This document shows, in pieces, positions 35,613 to 46,876 of a DNA stretch of 64,000 nt (position 1 is the first letter of the stretch; each line of letters opens with the position of its first letter). The position numbers and the translations under genes are program-made. Source of the DNA: a virus (Duplodnaviria > Caudoviricetes); IMG/VR virus record IMGVR_UViG_3300050034_000334, one strand, 5' to 3'. The notes under the pieces were generated by a model, which ran no database searches, was not told the DNA's origin, and saw only the letters and a list, made by a program, of their open reading frames with translations.

Positions 35613-38600
35613 ATGGCATCTCCTCCAGTTGGCGGCGGCAATATTGGTGATCCTGGTCCAGCAACAGCTGCGTCTGCTAGTGCTTCTGGAACTGGAGATC
35701 CTCGTGGCTCAATAAACACAGGAGCTCCGGATCTATCCAGCATTCTGAAGGGGATGAACAACATCACAGATGCCCAGATCTTGATGGTTGAGTTGTCTGG
35801 GAAAATGAAAGTGGCTTTGGAAGAGATCCCAAAGACTTTGAGAGAGGTTGTTGACCAGTATAAGAAGGTCCAGACTGGATTGAAGGACGGTGTTGATGAC
35901 ATCGAGGAGACCGTAGATCACTACGATGTCTTGGTGAAGAAAACCAAGGAATTCAACAAGAATCTCAACGACACCAATCGCGGTGGACACAAGAGGCTTC
36001 AAGATCTAAAGCAGCTGATAACAGCCCACGAAACGCTCGTTAGAAGTGGGAAGATGCATGGCAGAGAACTCGAGAATGTCACTCGTCAGCTTGCTCATCT
36101 GAAGAAAGGGTTTCAAGATGCCAGCGCTGGAGCCATAGATCTGACAAATCCAAGTCATCTGAAGCCATTTCAGGTTGGTTTGGACAACATGCTCCGCACC
36201 ATAAAGACCATTGGAATACAGTATAAAAGCATCAACAGCACTGGCCTGAATGCCAGAAGAGACAACATGCGCGCTGCCTTTTCTCAGGCTGGCTTCTACA
36301 TGAAGCCCGGTTACAGAGACCGCGCTGTAAGAATGGGACAACTTGCTGCCAATTTGAAGGCCAATACAGCCCATCACACAGCCTTGAGCAAGGAGGCTTT
36401 TGAAGAAAAGATGGGAAAGGTACGAGGATTCGGTGGATTCATCAACAGAAAACCAGGCGGAGAGGTCGACTGGAAAGCATTTTCCAAGAAGGGAAGGACT
36501 CCTGAATTTTGGGAAAAACTAGACACCAAAGCGACAGCCAGGCAGATGGGAGGAGGAGGAATTGAATCCTATGCTCTGGGAAGACTGGCCAATGCTAAGG
36601 CTGGAAAGGGAACCTTGGGATTTGGAACCAAAGCTATCCTGGGAATGATGGAGAAGGGAGAAGGATCCGCACTTCGAGGAGTCGGTGCTTGGGGAATGGG
36701 TCTAGCAGAAAAGGGGATGGGAATGGGAGCCGGAGCGATGGCTATTCCCGGTGTTGGAGAAGGTCTTGCTCTTCTTAGCCTAGTGAGAGCAGCCTTCGAC
36801 AAGCAAATTGAGATCAATCAGGGAATTGAGAAGAACCTTGGTACTGCCGGAATATTTGCCCCCGGCGCCAAATCTCCTGGAGTGTTTCAAAATTTGTCAA
36901 GAGTGCAAGCCAATCTGATGCCTGCAACTGGTGGAGGATTTTACAACACTATGGGCATCACTTACAAAAAGAACATGGAAGTCGCTCAAGCGATGGCTGC
37001 CAGTGGTATGGGATTATCAGAGCTTCAGCAGGGTGAAGGTATGTATGCGGGCAAGTATGCTCAGCCTGGTTCGGATACTAAACAGTGGGGGCCAGGAACT
37101 TACGGAGCTATTCAGCACACAGCTTACACCACCGCTCGTCTTGCTGGTTACGATACAGCGGCTGGTACTGCTCAGGCTGTGAAGTTGATACAGACCTATG
37201 GTCAGTCTTTGACTGCTACCAATGACTTTTTCCTCACATTGAACAAAGACGCCAAAGCTGCTGGCATGACCACAATCAAGTATGTGAGCATCATCGATGA
37301 TGTGACCAGTGGCCTTGGCCGTATGAACAAATCGTTCACGGAGTCCGTGAACATCATTCGCACTTTGGGCAGAACGGGCGGAACAACGGCACAGGATATC
37401 AAGGACTACTTTGAAGCAATAACGGGCGGTGGAGCGAAGAAGGAGCTCCCGGTATCTTCATTCCTATTTGGTACAGCAACTCAAGGAGAAAAGGCAGATT
37501 ATAGAGAGATCACTCAAAACAGACAAAACGAACTGGCTGGTGGTATAGCTCAGTCCATTCAAGACGCTCACCTAACTGGAACAATGGGAGGGTACACCAA
37601 AGAGAAGTTAGCTGGTATGTCAGCAGAAGACCTTCGTGCATTGTTACCCGAACTGGCGAGAGCCGGTGGTGATGAAGGAGCCAAGACTGGAATTGGTGGC
37701 CAGATTAGAGAGGCTATCACTAACAAGTACCGATCCGATGCTGCTAGAGAGTTCGCTGCTGGAAAAATAAATGCTGTTCAAATGGCCTCCGTAAACAACA
37801 TGCTGGGTTCGGACATAGGCACACAAGTGTGGCAACAGAATCAAGCACTGGAAAAGACTTTGAAGCCATTTGGTGGCAATATCAAAAAGGCAATCCAAAG
37901 TCCGTTATCTGGTGGATTGTTTGAAGCCTTTGGAGGAGGTAAGAGCGAGAACTTTGAAGCAATGATAGAAGCCCGTCAGATAGCAGCGGGTGGCGTGGTG
38001 GATAAGCTCCGGAACAAGACCACTACTCCAGCAGAGAAGGCGGAACTTATTGCGAGGTATGCGAATGTGGTACCTGGTGGTGCTAAGGCAATGTCAAGGA
38101 TGGCCGAAACTCAACCAGGTAAACTAGAGGATCTTCTCACAAAAAGTGCCGAAATTGGTACTGAGGTTCTGAAATCTCAGCAGCAGTCCATAACCCTACA
38201 GGAGAAAATAGACGCAGACAACGCGGCGCGAGATTTGAATGTAGCAACCAAGAGTTCAGCAGACATCTTCGCTGATGCTTTCGAGCACTTGTTCATGCTG
38301 ATTGTGAAGCCGGTGAATGACATTCTGGACGCCTTGCCCTGGCATGGCGCAAAAGCTGGTGAAGGCGAGAGAACAGCATACGATGCTGCCTATCATAATG
38401 TGTCAAAGGATATGCAAAACTTGCAGAATGCCATCGATGACACGACTGGAAAATACACTCCTCAACAGAAAGAAACTTTCCATCAAATGATATCTAGCAT
38501 CAGAACTGAGCTAGCAGCTAATGCCACCGGAAGACAAACAAGAGAGGCAACAGCCCAGCTTAACCAAGCTGAGAACATGGGAAGTAACTATCAATCTGCA

Positions 38601-39224
38601 AATACTCCTTCTCACTTTGGCTATGTGTATGGAGAAGGAGTTGACAACGTATACGGAAAAGGCGATCTTGATCCTCTGCATAACAAGAAAGGACAGGACA
38701 AAAAGTACAGTGAGATGGCTGATGCTTATCTCAACAATGTAGTCAAGGGTGGCATCAACCCGCAAACTGGAAAGCCCTATGCAGGAAAGTTAGAAGAAGA
38801 CGAATCCGAAATGTTGCCAGTCATGAATCTCTCTAGCGGACTAGCAATGGGCACCGACAAACATGCTGGTCAGATAGCAATTCCTACTGAAGATTTGGTG
38901 ACAAAAGAGGGAGAGTCAAAGCTGGCTCTGTATCTTGACAGAGCAGCTGGAAAGAAGGGAGGACTTTTTGGTGCTGATGCTTGGGGTGGTGATCAAGGCA
39001 AGTATAACTATGGAACTGATGCAAGCGGCAAATCAGTTGTCTATGTAACTCTCATCAACAACAACGCTGCAAACTGGAATCAGTTCCTTGGTAGTCACCC
39101 TGCTCTAGTGACTGGAAAGAGCGAGGTTGTTTCCGCTCCAAAGCCAGCTGTTCCTGCAGTTCCAGGCAAAGATCCAAAGAGCACCTCTTGGCATGCAGGT
39201 CCTAACGGTGTGTGGAGTCAATAG
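35613..39224 (+). CDS. tape measure protein
   Basis: 1203 aa, Ala/Gly-rich helical, Gly-rich hydrophobic patch, upstream of baseplate genes. Confidence 0.8.
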   Translation: MASPPVGGGNIGDPGPATAASASASGTGDPRGSINTGAPDLSSILKGMNNITDAQILMVELSGKMKVALEEIPKTLREVVDQYKKVQTGLKDGVDDIEETVDHYDVLVKKTKEFNKNLNDTNRGGHKRLQDLKQLITAHETLVRSGKMHGRELENVTRQLAHLKKGFQDASAGAIDLTNPSHLKPFQVGLDNMLRTIKTIGIQYKSINSTGLNARRDNMRAAFSQAGFYMKPGYRDRAVRMGQLAANLKANTAHHTALSKEAFEEKMGKVRGFGGFINRKPGGEVDWKAFSKKGRTPEFWEKLDTKATARQMGGGGIESYALGRLANAKAGKGTLGFGTKAILGMMEKGEGSALRGVGAWGMGLAEKGMGMGAGAMAIPGVGEGLALLSLVRAAFDKQIEINQGIEKNLGTAGIFAPGAKSPGVFQNLSRVQANLMPATGGGFYNTMGITYKKNMEVAQAMAASGMGLSELQQGEGMYAGKYAQPGSDTKQWGPGTYGAIQHTAYTTARLAGYDTAAGTAQAVKLIQTYGQSLTATNDFFLTLNKDAKAAGMTTIKYVSIIDDVTSGLGRMNKSFTESVNIIRTLGRTGGTTAQDIKDYFEAITGGGAKKELPVSSFLFGTATQGEKADYREITQNRQNELAGGIAQSIQDAHLTGTMGGYTKEKLAGMSAEDLRALLPELARAGGDEGAKTGIGGQIREAITNKYRSDAAREFAAGKINAVQMASVNNMLGSDIGTQVWQQNQALEKTLKPFGGNIKKAIQSPLSGGLFEAFGGGKSENFEAMIEARQIAAGGVVDKLRNKTTTPAEKAELIARYANVVPGGAKAMSRMAETQPGKLEDLLTKSAEIGTEVLKSQQQSITLQEKIDADNAARDLNVATKSSADIFADAFEHLFMLIVKPVNDILDALPWHGAKAGEGERTAYDAAYHNVSKDMQNLQNAIDDTTGKYTPQQKETFHQMISSIRTELAANATGRQTREATAQLNQAENMGSNYQSANTPSHFGYVYGEGVDNVYGKGDLDPLHNKKGQDKKYSEMADAYLNNVVKGGINPQTGKPYAGKLEEDESEMLPVMNLSSGLAMGTDKHAGQIAIPTEDLVTKEGESKLALYLDRAAGKKGGLFGADAWGGDQGKYNYGTDASGKSVVYVTLINNNAANWNQFLGSHPALVTGKSEVVSAPKPAVPAVPGKDPKSTSWHAGPNGVWSQ

Positions 39225-39232
39225 GAGTTTGA

Positions 39233-40708
39233 ATGAGCACCAATCCAACGCAGGCACAAATCGCAGCAGAGGCGGCAGCCCTGAGTGCTCAGTATGGAAT
39301 TCCTGCAAGTGTGATCATGTCTGTGATTCAGAGTGAATCCAGTTACAAGCAGTTTGATTCATCTGGAAATCCTCTTCTCAATGTCCCAGTTGCACCAGCA
39401 ACCTCGACTTCTGGCGCTGTGGGACTGATGCAGGTAATGCAAAACAGTGTTTCTCCTCCACTGACATACGATCAAGTTTCCAATGACTGGCAAGCCAACA
39501 TGCAGGCTGGTGCTTCCATTCTCAGCAAGGATATTCAAAATGCCAATCCAGGCCAGACACCAGGTCAGGATGGATGGAGCGCAGCACAAACAGCAGCAGG
39601 TCTTCCGGCTTATGGAGGATTTGTCAAGAACGATCCTTCAGCCTATGTCAACAAGATCATGACCAACGCTGGGATGTCTGGGTATCCACAAGTGGGACCG
39701 CCCTCCTCTTCGGCTAATGGTCCTCTCCTTCCAGGAGTTTCAGGCGCGGCGGTTGAAGCTCTTCCGGTTACTGGGCAACCCATCACTGACACTGCTGATC
39801 TCTACCCTCCATATGTCATAACAGAGGGACTGGATGCAAATCCTTGGTGGCTGATGAAGGGATATACAGAAAATCCCTGGCTCAAGCAAGTTCCAGCCCC
39901 GGTCACCTTTGAGGTCATGCTCCCCAACCAAAAGATGCTTTCAAACACCAAGGCTGGAAACACCTCTGGTACAATCTCGATTCAACTAAATGCTTCGGTC
40001 GCCAGCTTTGAAGTTCAGGCCGGTCACGTTGTTAACAAAGGTCTGTCCCGCACAGGAATGCATATCACGATGTGGGGACAGGAAGCTGACTTGATCTCGG
40101 GAGAAGCTAACACCGGCGCATTCATGAATGCTCTGGGCATCACGAGTTTTCTTAGCGTTTCAAACATCAGTTCTCAACTTCAGCGTCAGATCATCAGTGC
40201 TTTCTCAAATTCCAGTAAACAAGAGAGCAACGTAGATTTCAGCATGACCAGCAACGACCTGAGAATTGCTGCCAGAGATGCCTTCATGGAGCTTCTAGCA
40301 CTGTTCAAGGCCAATGGAGTTGTGTGGTTCAGAAATTCCACTACTGGTTCTGGTACTGGAGCAACCAATCCGGTTGGAGTGGACGCCTTTTCTCCTCAAA
40401 CTGGATTGTCAAACTACCAGATGAACGCTCGTACCAATGATGTCATGGCTCGAGGCCAAGTCATCATGAAGTTCCGCAATTCAATGTACTTGGGATACTT
40501 CAAGTCGCTGGAATACGAAATGGAAGCAGAACGTCCGTTCTACTGGAAGTTCAGATTCGTGTTCCAGGTTGAGAAGACTCTGACTTTGAACTATATCCCG
40601 ATGTACACCACAGCAAACCTTCAACCTGTATCCACTCCTGTCACAACAACAATTTCCTATGTTCCTTTGCAGACTCTCTCGCTTCCAGGATCGGTGAGCA
40701 AATCATGA
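39233..40708 (+). CDS. virion protein with N-terminal lytic transglycosylase (SLT) domain
   Basis: IQSES...GAVGLMQ...N..AGA.IL SLT motifs; C-terminal tube-like baseplate domain. Confidence 0.85.
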   Translation: MSTNPTQAQIAAEAAALSAQYGIPASVIMSVIQSESSYKQFDSSGNPLLNVPVAPATSTSGAVGLMQVMQNSVSPPLTYDQVSNDWQANMQAGASILSKDIQNANPGQTPGQDGWSAAQTAAGLPAYGGFVKNDPSAYVNKIMTNAGMSGYPQVGPPSSSANGPLLPGVSGAAVEALPVTGQPITDTADLYPPYVITEGLDANPWWLMKGYTENPWLKQVPAPVTFEVMLPNQKMLSNTKAGNTSGTISIQLNASVASFEVQAGHVVNKGLSRTGMHITMWGQEADLISGEANTGAFMNALGITSFLSVSNISSQLQRQIISAFSNSSKQESNVDFSMTSNDLRIAARDAFMELLALFKANGVVWFRNSTTGSGTGATNPVGVDAFSPQTGLSNYQMNARTNDVMARGQVIMKFRNSMYLGYFKSLEYEMEAERPFYWKFRFVFQVEKTLTLNYIPMYTTANLQPVSTPVTTTISYVPLQTLSLPGSVSKS

Positions 40709-41874
40709 CACTCTCAGCAGCCCTTTCTCTACCAATCCGTTCCGAGAGACAGATCGTTCCTGCATATAATGCTCAGGTGATCAATCCTGCTCAGGGGAAT
40801 CCTGTTGCGTCAACTCCAAGCGATTACCAAATCATCGCTGCCCTAAAACCGTACACGGACTACATCGTGTTCAGAATTCCTCATCGTGGAGTCACTTCAA
40901 GTGGCAGTCCGGACCCCACCAATCCAGCCTACTTCCGATTCTTGATCAATCCTCACACAGTGAGGGTTTCTCACCAGACTCAAGACACTCAGTTGATGAC
41001 TCGCGATGGTTGGAAGTTCGGAGTTTGGGGAGAGGGATTTGTAGAGGTGAGCTTCTCAGGTAAGACTGCTGGGCAGTACTTCACATTGGGAACCACTGAC
41101 ATGTTCAAGGAGTTCACTGAATCTTACCAGAATTTGCTGGAACTTCAGTCTCTCTTTGACAACAACGGATACTGGTTCGAAGGAGAGACTCCGGCAGTCG
41201 GAGGAACATCGACAGGACAGGCGATTCCCACGGCTCTTACCAAGCGCAGAATCAAGATGCACGAGGATGTGGAGATCTTCTGTGGAGAAACCATCTGGTC
41301 TGGAATGTTTGACAAACTGAATGTTTCTCAGAATGTAGACAGCCCTTTCTTGGCTGACTTCAACATCTCGTTCACGGCTTGGAAGGAAAGGTATCGCTTA
41401 GATTCGCCATATAGAAACGCAGGAGCATGCAACATCCAGCGCGGTCATTCCTACAGTGCCTTTGCCTCTGTAGCGAATCCTTCTGGGCAAAACACGACGC
41501 TGGCAGATGCTGATGTGGATTCCGGCGCTGCTACTTCTCTGTTGACGAACTTTTATTCTAATGGAAAACTAGCTGTTTCTGGCATGTCAAGCACGCCAAA
41601 GGCAGCTCAGGTATCAAATTCTCCTGCTTTGGTTGTAGCAGCGCAGCAGCAAACTGCTCCAGTAGTGACTCCCAGTCTGACCGCCGCATCTACTGATTGT
41701 AGCGATCTGTTGAATCCAGATCCCACTTTTTGGAATGGAGGAGGAGGTGGAGGAAGTTTGGGGCCGGCAGTGTCGTATTCTGGTGTCACTCCAGTTGTTT
41801 CATCCGCGTTTTCGTATCTACCAATCGTTTCAACTGCATTTCCTATCCAGGAAGGAGGGATAAATGTCAAGTAA
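40705..41874 (+). CDS. baseplate/tail tube-initiator-like protein
   Basis: FLINP..V.V, WG...V.VSFSG pattern; position. Confidence 0.6.
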   Translation: MTLSAALSLPIRSERQIVPAYNAQVINPAQGNPVASTPSDYQIIAALKPYTDYIVFRIPHRGVTSSGSPDPTNPAYFRFLINPHTVRVSHQTQDTQLMTRDGWKFGVWGEGFVEVSFSGKTAGQYFTLGTTDMFKEFTESYQNLLELQSLFDNNGYWFEGETPAVGGTSTGQAIPTALTKRRIKMHEDVEIFCGETIWSGMFDKLNVSQNVDSPFLADFNISFTAWKERYRLDSPYRNAGACNIQRGHSYSAFASVANPSGQNTTLADADVDSGAATSLLTNFYSNGKLAVSGMSSTPKAAQVSNSPALVVAAQQQTAPVVTPSLTAASTDCSDLLNPDPTFWNGGGGGGSLGPAVSYSGVTPVVSSAFSYLPIVSTAFPIQEGGINVK

Positions 41875-44530
41875 TCCTGTTCTTCCACATCCAGTTGAGA
41901 CCGTTGAAGTGAGTGCTACCGGACCAGGGACGATCCGCAACATAATCCAGACTGTCCAAGAGCGTGAAATAGTCAAGACCGCTCCAGATCTGGTGGTGAT
42001 GATTGACGGAGCTTCCTATCTTGAGAACGGATATGTTCATCCTCAGGATGGAAGTACGGCTCCCTATGCTCTTGTACATTTCAACGATCACGTCGTTGGG
42101 TTCAGTGCAGGATATGACACTGATCAGCTAGTGCCTCAGTGTTCAATCAATCTCAGTGTACCAAATGCTCAGAAGTACCTCTACCAGACTATCGGAGGCA
42201 ACAATCTTCTGAAGACCATGGACGAGCTCGTTGTGTTTGCCAAAGGGTACTGGCTTTCTCCCAATGGCAACTCACTCTATCACAGAGTCTTCAAAGGATT
42301 GATCAAGTCGGTTTCCCACACTGACAACGGCAAGACTCTCGACATCACGATTCAGGGAATTGGAATTTTGTACTTCTTGCAACTGATGCACATAGAGTTG
42401 GCTGCCCCGGTGCAGTCTACCGTTGCTTCAGGTGCTGAAGTGATGAACACAAAATATGCTAACCTGAGTCCTTACGAGATGATTGGAGCCACCTTCCGGG
42501 ATATCGATCTTCAGCAAGGATTTCAATCTCCCACTGCAAACTATAACTTTTCTCAGAGTACCAATGCGAATGGTCAGACAGGAGTCACCAACCCTGATGT
42601 GTCTCCTTGGGCAGATGCCATCAACGCTGGATACATATCGAAATGGCAAGCGATACTCACTAATCTTGATCGAGATGTCCATGTGTTCGGACTTCAACCA
42701 CCCAACCCGAAGTCTCCAACCTTGATTCGTATTCCTCCGAGCACTGAACTCACAGAGCAGGCACTGGGTCACACAATGTTTTCAACAGTGGCGGAGAAAA
42801 CTCAAGTTGACAACAACATCTACTTGGACAAAATTCGTGAGCATCTTCCAGAGATGGCAATAGGACACATTGAGATGTCCAATGGAAGAATCACGTCACG
42901 ACTAGACAGACTCCGTTATCTCATCAACATGATCGGTTTTGAGGGATACCAGGACGTCAATGGAGCCGTGATCATCAAGCCTCCTATGTACAACCTGGAT
43001 TGTACTCAACTCTACCTTCCTAACGAGGCTAAGATCGCTCCTCCAGCGGGATCTTCGACGTTCATTTCCAGTCTGACCAACTCTAACAATCCGTTCGTGA
43101 TCTACCTCTCAGAGATCACCAACGAATCTGAAATTGAAGATGAGGCTGGAGTGGTTGCAACTCGCATGATAGTCCAGGGGAGTCTTGAACCTTCTCAGGC
43201 TTTTGTCGATATTGCGGGCGGTATCAAGCCTGCAGGTGAGTTTGTTGACCTGGCAAAACTGTCGAGATTTGGACTTCGTGAGCAACCTCCCCGGCTCTGT
43301 GGATGGGCTCATTACGATGATACGACACTGCTCTTCGCAATCGCTTGCTGGGAACTTCAGAAGGCCAACAAGGCATGGAGGAACTACACTTGCACTATTC
43401 CTCTTCGTCCTGAATTGAAACTGGGATTCCCTGTATTTTTGCCTCACAAGGACATGTATGGCTACGTGAAGAGCATTCAGCACAGCTATCAATACGGAGG
43501 AACTGCCACCACCACAATCACTTTGGATGCGATCAGGAAGAGACCGATGTATCCAGCTTCAACTGTACAGAATTCACAGAACGGAGATGGAGCGACCGGA
43601 CCCACAACATACTACTCAGCACAGCCAAACCTGGTTCACAAGATGACGACCATCGCGGCAAATTCGAATCAGGCCCCGGCTCAGCAGTTGGTAGATGCAG
43701 CCAGTAAAGTGAGTCAGGATCACGAAGTATTTCTTTCCGGAAATCCATCGTCAATCAATACAGCGGCTCTAGACAACAATCATGTCGTGAATCTTTCTGA
43801 TGATCAAGCCAGATTGCAAGCCTACAAAGCGACTCAACTCAGGAATTGGATGGGGTTGCCTTATGACACTCCTGGCAAGAACTATCGTGTTCAGATGGAC
43901 AACTCGTTCGATAAGAAAATGCCTGCAGATGGAGCATACATCACTCTCCTAACAGGGGTGATAGGCACGCCGTCCACTGCTGCAAATTCTGGTGGAACAG
44001 CAGGTGGAACTCCCTCTATAATCCCGTACACAGACAGCACTGGATACGAAGTCATTGCTCCGTTTCCTTGGGGAAGATACACGGGTCTGTGCACTGCTCT
44101 GTATGAGTGTTGCCAGGGATTCAATGTATCGCCGGAACCTGCTTCAGACGGAACTGGTACTCTAAACGCAGTTCAGTCCTTCTTGTTCTCAGGAATTGGA
44201 ACTCCTCCCAACTCGAGCGCAGGAGATAACATGCAATCCGCTGTCTCCACACTAGCTGCATTGGTGAATGATGACTCCATTTTTGAACTCACTTACACCG
44301 ATGCCACCACGGCGGCTGATCAATCCACAAAACAGCAACAGAGTCTAGTATCAGACCTGGAGACATCCATTAATGCCAAGGCTCAACTGATGGTCAGTGG
44401 ATTACCCACCAATTCCAACTTGGTCAAGGTTCTGTCACAAATTGGGAATTCAACTACACAGGTTACTGGATCCTCGATATCTGCTGATTTGAAACAACTG
44501 AACGCGGGATTCAAGAGCTTCACCTCATAG
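41864..44530 (+). CDS. baseplate hub-like protein
   Basis: VFKGLIKSV, IIKPP.YN, IPLRPELKLGFPV, YVKSIQHSY patterns of gp27/gpD-type hubs. Confidence 0.7.
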   Translation: MSSNPVLPHPVETVEVSATGPGTIRNIIQTVQEREIVKTAPDLVVMIDGASYLENGYVHPQDGSTAPYALVHFNDHVVGFSAGYDTDQLVPQCSINLSVPNAQKYLYQTIGGNNLLKTMDELVVFAKGYWLSPNGNSLYHRVFKGLIKSVSHTDNGKTLDITIQGIGILYFLQLMHIELAAPVQSTVASGAEVMNTKYANLSPYEMIGATFRDIDLQQGFQSPTANYNFSQSTNANGQTGVTNPDVSPWADAINAGYISKWQAILTNLDRDVHVFGLQPPNPKSPTLIRIPPSTELTEQALGHTMFSTVAEKTQVDNNIYLDKIREHLPEMAIGHIEMSNGRITSRLDRLRYLINMIGFEGYQDVNGAVIIKPPMYNLDCTQLYLPNEAKIAPPAGSSTFISSLTNSNNPFVIYLSEITNESEIEDEAGVVATRMIVQGSLEPSQAFVDIAGGIKPAGEFVDLAKLSRFGLREQPPRLCGWAHYDDTTLLFAIACWELQKANKAWRNYTCTIPLRPELKLGFPVFLPHKDMYGYVKSIQHSYQYGGTATTTITLDAIRKRPMYPASTVQNSQNGDGATGPTTYYSAQPNLVHKMTTIAANSNQAPAQQLVDAASKVSQDHEVFLSGNPSSINTAALDNNHVVNLSDDQARLQAYKATQLRNWMGLPYDTPGKNYRVQMDNSFDKKMPADGAYITLLTGVIGTPSTAANSGGTAGGTPSIIPYTDSTGYEVIAPFPWGRYTGLCTALYECCQGFNVSPEPASDGTGTLNAVQSFLFSGIGTPPNSSAGDNMQSAVSTLAALVNDDSIFELTYTDATTAADQSTKQQQSLVSDLETSINAKAQLMVSGLPTNSNLVKVLSQIGNSTTQVTGSSISADLKQLNAGFKSFTS

Positions 44531-44537
44531 GAGATCG

Positions 44538-46835
44538 ATGCCTGAATTCTTCACAACCTATCCTGTCGGTTCACTTGAGACAACTCAGGCGCAGGACGAA
44601 TTTCAGCTATTTACAGCAAGAGTCATGTCAGTTGACCACGAGAGGATCACGTGTTCTCTCAAGGATGAACGCAACGGAGCAGTCTACCAGGAAGTGAACA
44701 TCTTTCCGGCGAACTCATCCTCGACGACATCAACAGACGTGAATCTCCCTGAAATTGGAACCAAGTGCATGTGTGCAAACATCACATACACCAAGGGAGT
44801 GGTCAGAATTGCTATCATCGCCTATGTGGTTTCTGACACCCTGCAGGGAGTGAATGCTGTTGCTACGAGAGGTCCTCAAGAGGTCCCTGGATACTCCACC
44901 AGGACTCGTTCTCTCTATCGCAAAGCCTATCCTGGCCAGAAGACGGTCAACACGAGTGGCGGATATACCGAGAAAACTGATGGAGGCTGGGACAAAACCA
45001 CTGCAGATCTGAGCAGGGACAAGTTAGACCCACACAGTCGAACTTGGTCACAATCGACGTCAGCCCTTGTGAGATACACTGACAGTGGCCTTCACGTGGC
45101 TGGTCCGGTGAGTCGCCCAGGCGCGGCAACGGTGTCTCCTCGCATTCTCCCAGATGGATCGTCGGAGAACATCGTCTATCTCCAACCAAACAGCAAACTC
45201 GCCAGCCGATACACGAGTGGATCTCAGGATATCACTCCCTTGGTGGAAGCTCGTGAGATGGTTCAGGAGTTCGCTCTAGACTATCCGGTTCCCATCGAGG
45301 TTCTCAACACGAGCCTCATGGACCAGATTCTGGGGACTACTGCCAATCTCTGGGAAAGAACCAAGATTGTTCAGAAGGGCAATGTATCCAATGATGACCA
45401 GGCAATCGCAATCAGTCAGACATGGGATCATCCAACTGATGTGAATGCTAAACCTGTCGGCCCAACTACGAGTGATGGTCCAACTCCTCGTCGTCGTGGA
45501 TACATTATGGAGAGGGTGGCAGGTACACTGGTTGGTTACAACCAGTTCGACAAAGCCAACTATGGACAGGTTCTCAAACCATATCTCTTCAAGGATAGAT
45601 TCTCGAATGATGTAGCCTCCGGATACAACGTGGTTGCAGCCAGCAACGATCACTCCGAGACCCGGCTCGCGGCCTCAGCCCTTGCTGTTCGCTTTCCTCA
45701 TGAGTACAACACTACTCGTTGGGATGTAACCAAAGAAGGATCGATGAGTTTCGAGATCGGATCTACCATCCCCAAGGAGAATATCCTCTACGACGGTGGA
45801 TCCTACGAGAATCCTCTTGGTGCAGGTCGTTCAGTCGAAGGTCACCTAGTTGGAAGTTTGAAGATGGTCGTGGGGAAGAACCGTGATCAGGAAGACTCCA
45901 TCGATCTGACAGCCCTGGGCCAGACAGTCTTTCGGTTTGGTGCTGATGACACTTCACTTCCCAATGTTCGTCGGACAGTCTTCACTCAGAATCGCGGTCA
46001 GAACGACGCTTCTCTTGCTCGTACACTTCAGTACTGGACTCATCCGAAGACAGGACTTGGAGACGCTGGGAGTCTGACCAACAAGACTGCGATGGAGAAT
46101 GTCTCGCTTCGGGCGGCCATGGATGGCGGCACCATCATCAGATTTGGAGCCAGAAATCCTGGAGTTTTGCGCAAGCATTTGATGAACGGATACAGTGATG
46201 GTCCTGGAATTCACGAAGTGGCTCCTGGGGATCCATCACGCCAGGATAGCAAGACGAGCGGTCGTCCTACCTATGGATCCGGAGACACAAAGTACTCCTT
46301 CCATGATCTAACTCAGGCCGGTGCTCCCATCGTCAAGATGCTCCCCTACAACTGGAGTGGTTCTCCTATTTCCACGAGCATGGATCGTCATGGCCTTTCA
46401 ATCGACTTTCACACCGTTCGTGATGTTCTATTGAGAATAGGAGCCAACCCCGACACCAATCAATCTCTGCTGATGGATCTTGCTGGAGGACTGGCAGGCT
46501 GGTTTGGCAAGGATAATCAAGGTCGTTCAGTGACAGCCACCTTGGATGGTGGGGCTGAATTGGTAATCGGACCTAACAATCAGCAGAAGGGTCTCCGGAT
46601 GGAGATAACTGGTGACGTGGATTGGACGATAAAGGGGAACTTCCACATGCTGGTGACTGGCGATACAGTATGGGAATCCACTACACATCGCCATAATGTC
46701 AAGACTGATTATATCATCGCTGCCCAGAACATTACGGAGAAGGCTATGGTGAGGCATACTACTGAATCTGTGGATGTTATCCACAACCAGGGTCTTTATC
46801 AGAGTGATGAAAACTCTCTGAATCTGATTCCATGA
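44538..46835 (+). CDS. baseplate central spike (gp5/VgrG-like)
   Basis: N-terminal OB-like ARV..VD...LPEIG; C-terminal beta-helix repeats (ITGDVDWTIKGNFHMLVTGD). Confidence 0.7.
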   Translation: MPEFFTTYPVGSLETTQAQDEFQLFTARVMSVDHERITCSLKDERNGAVYQEVNIFPANSSSTTSTDVNLPEIGTKCMCANITYTKGVVRIAIIAYVVSDTLQGVNAVATRGPQEVPGYSTRTRSLYRKAYPGQKTVNTSGGYTEKTDGGWDKTTADLSRDKLDPHSRTWSQSTSALVRYTDSGLHVAGPVSRPGAATVSPRILPDGSSENIVYLQPNSKLASRYTSGSQDITPLVEAREMVQEFALDYPVPIEVLNTSLMDQILGTTANLWERTKIVQKGNVSNDDQAIAISQTWDHPTDVNAKPVGPTTSDGPTPRRRGYIMERVAGTLVGYNQFDKANYGQVLKPYLFKDRFSNDVASGYNVVAASNDHSETRLAASALAVRFPHEYNTTRWDVTKEGSMSFEIGSTIPKENILYDGGSYENPLGAGRSVEGHLVGSLKMVVGKNRDQEDSIDLTALGQTVFRFGADDTSLPNVRRTVFTQNRGQNDASLARTLQYWTHPKTGLGDAGSLTNKTAMENVSLRAAMDGGTIIRFGARNPGVLRKHLMNGYSDGPGIHEVAPGDPSRQDSKTSGRPTYGSGDTKYSFHDLTQAGAPIVKMLPYNWSGSPISTSMDRHGLSIDFHTVRDVLLRIGANPDTNQSLLMDLAGGLAGWFGKDNQGRSVTATLDGGAELVIGPNNQQKGLRMEITGDVDWTIKGNFHMLVTGDTVWESTTHRHNVKTDYIIAAQNITEKAMVRHTTESVDVIHNQGLYQSDENSLNLIP

Positions 46836-46876
46836 AGAAGTTTCAGGGCAAGCAATTTACCTAGAGGTACTTTAAT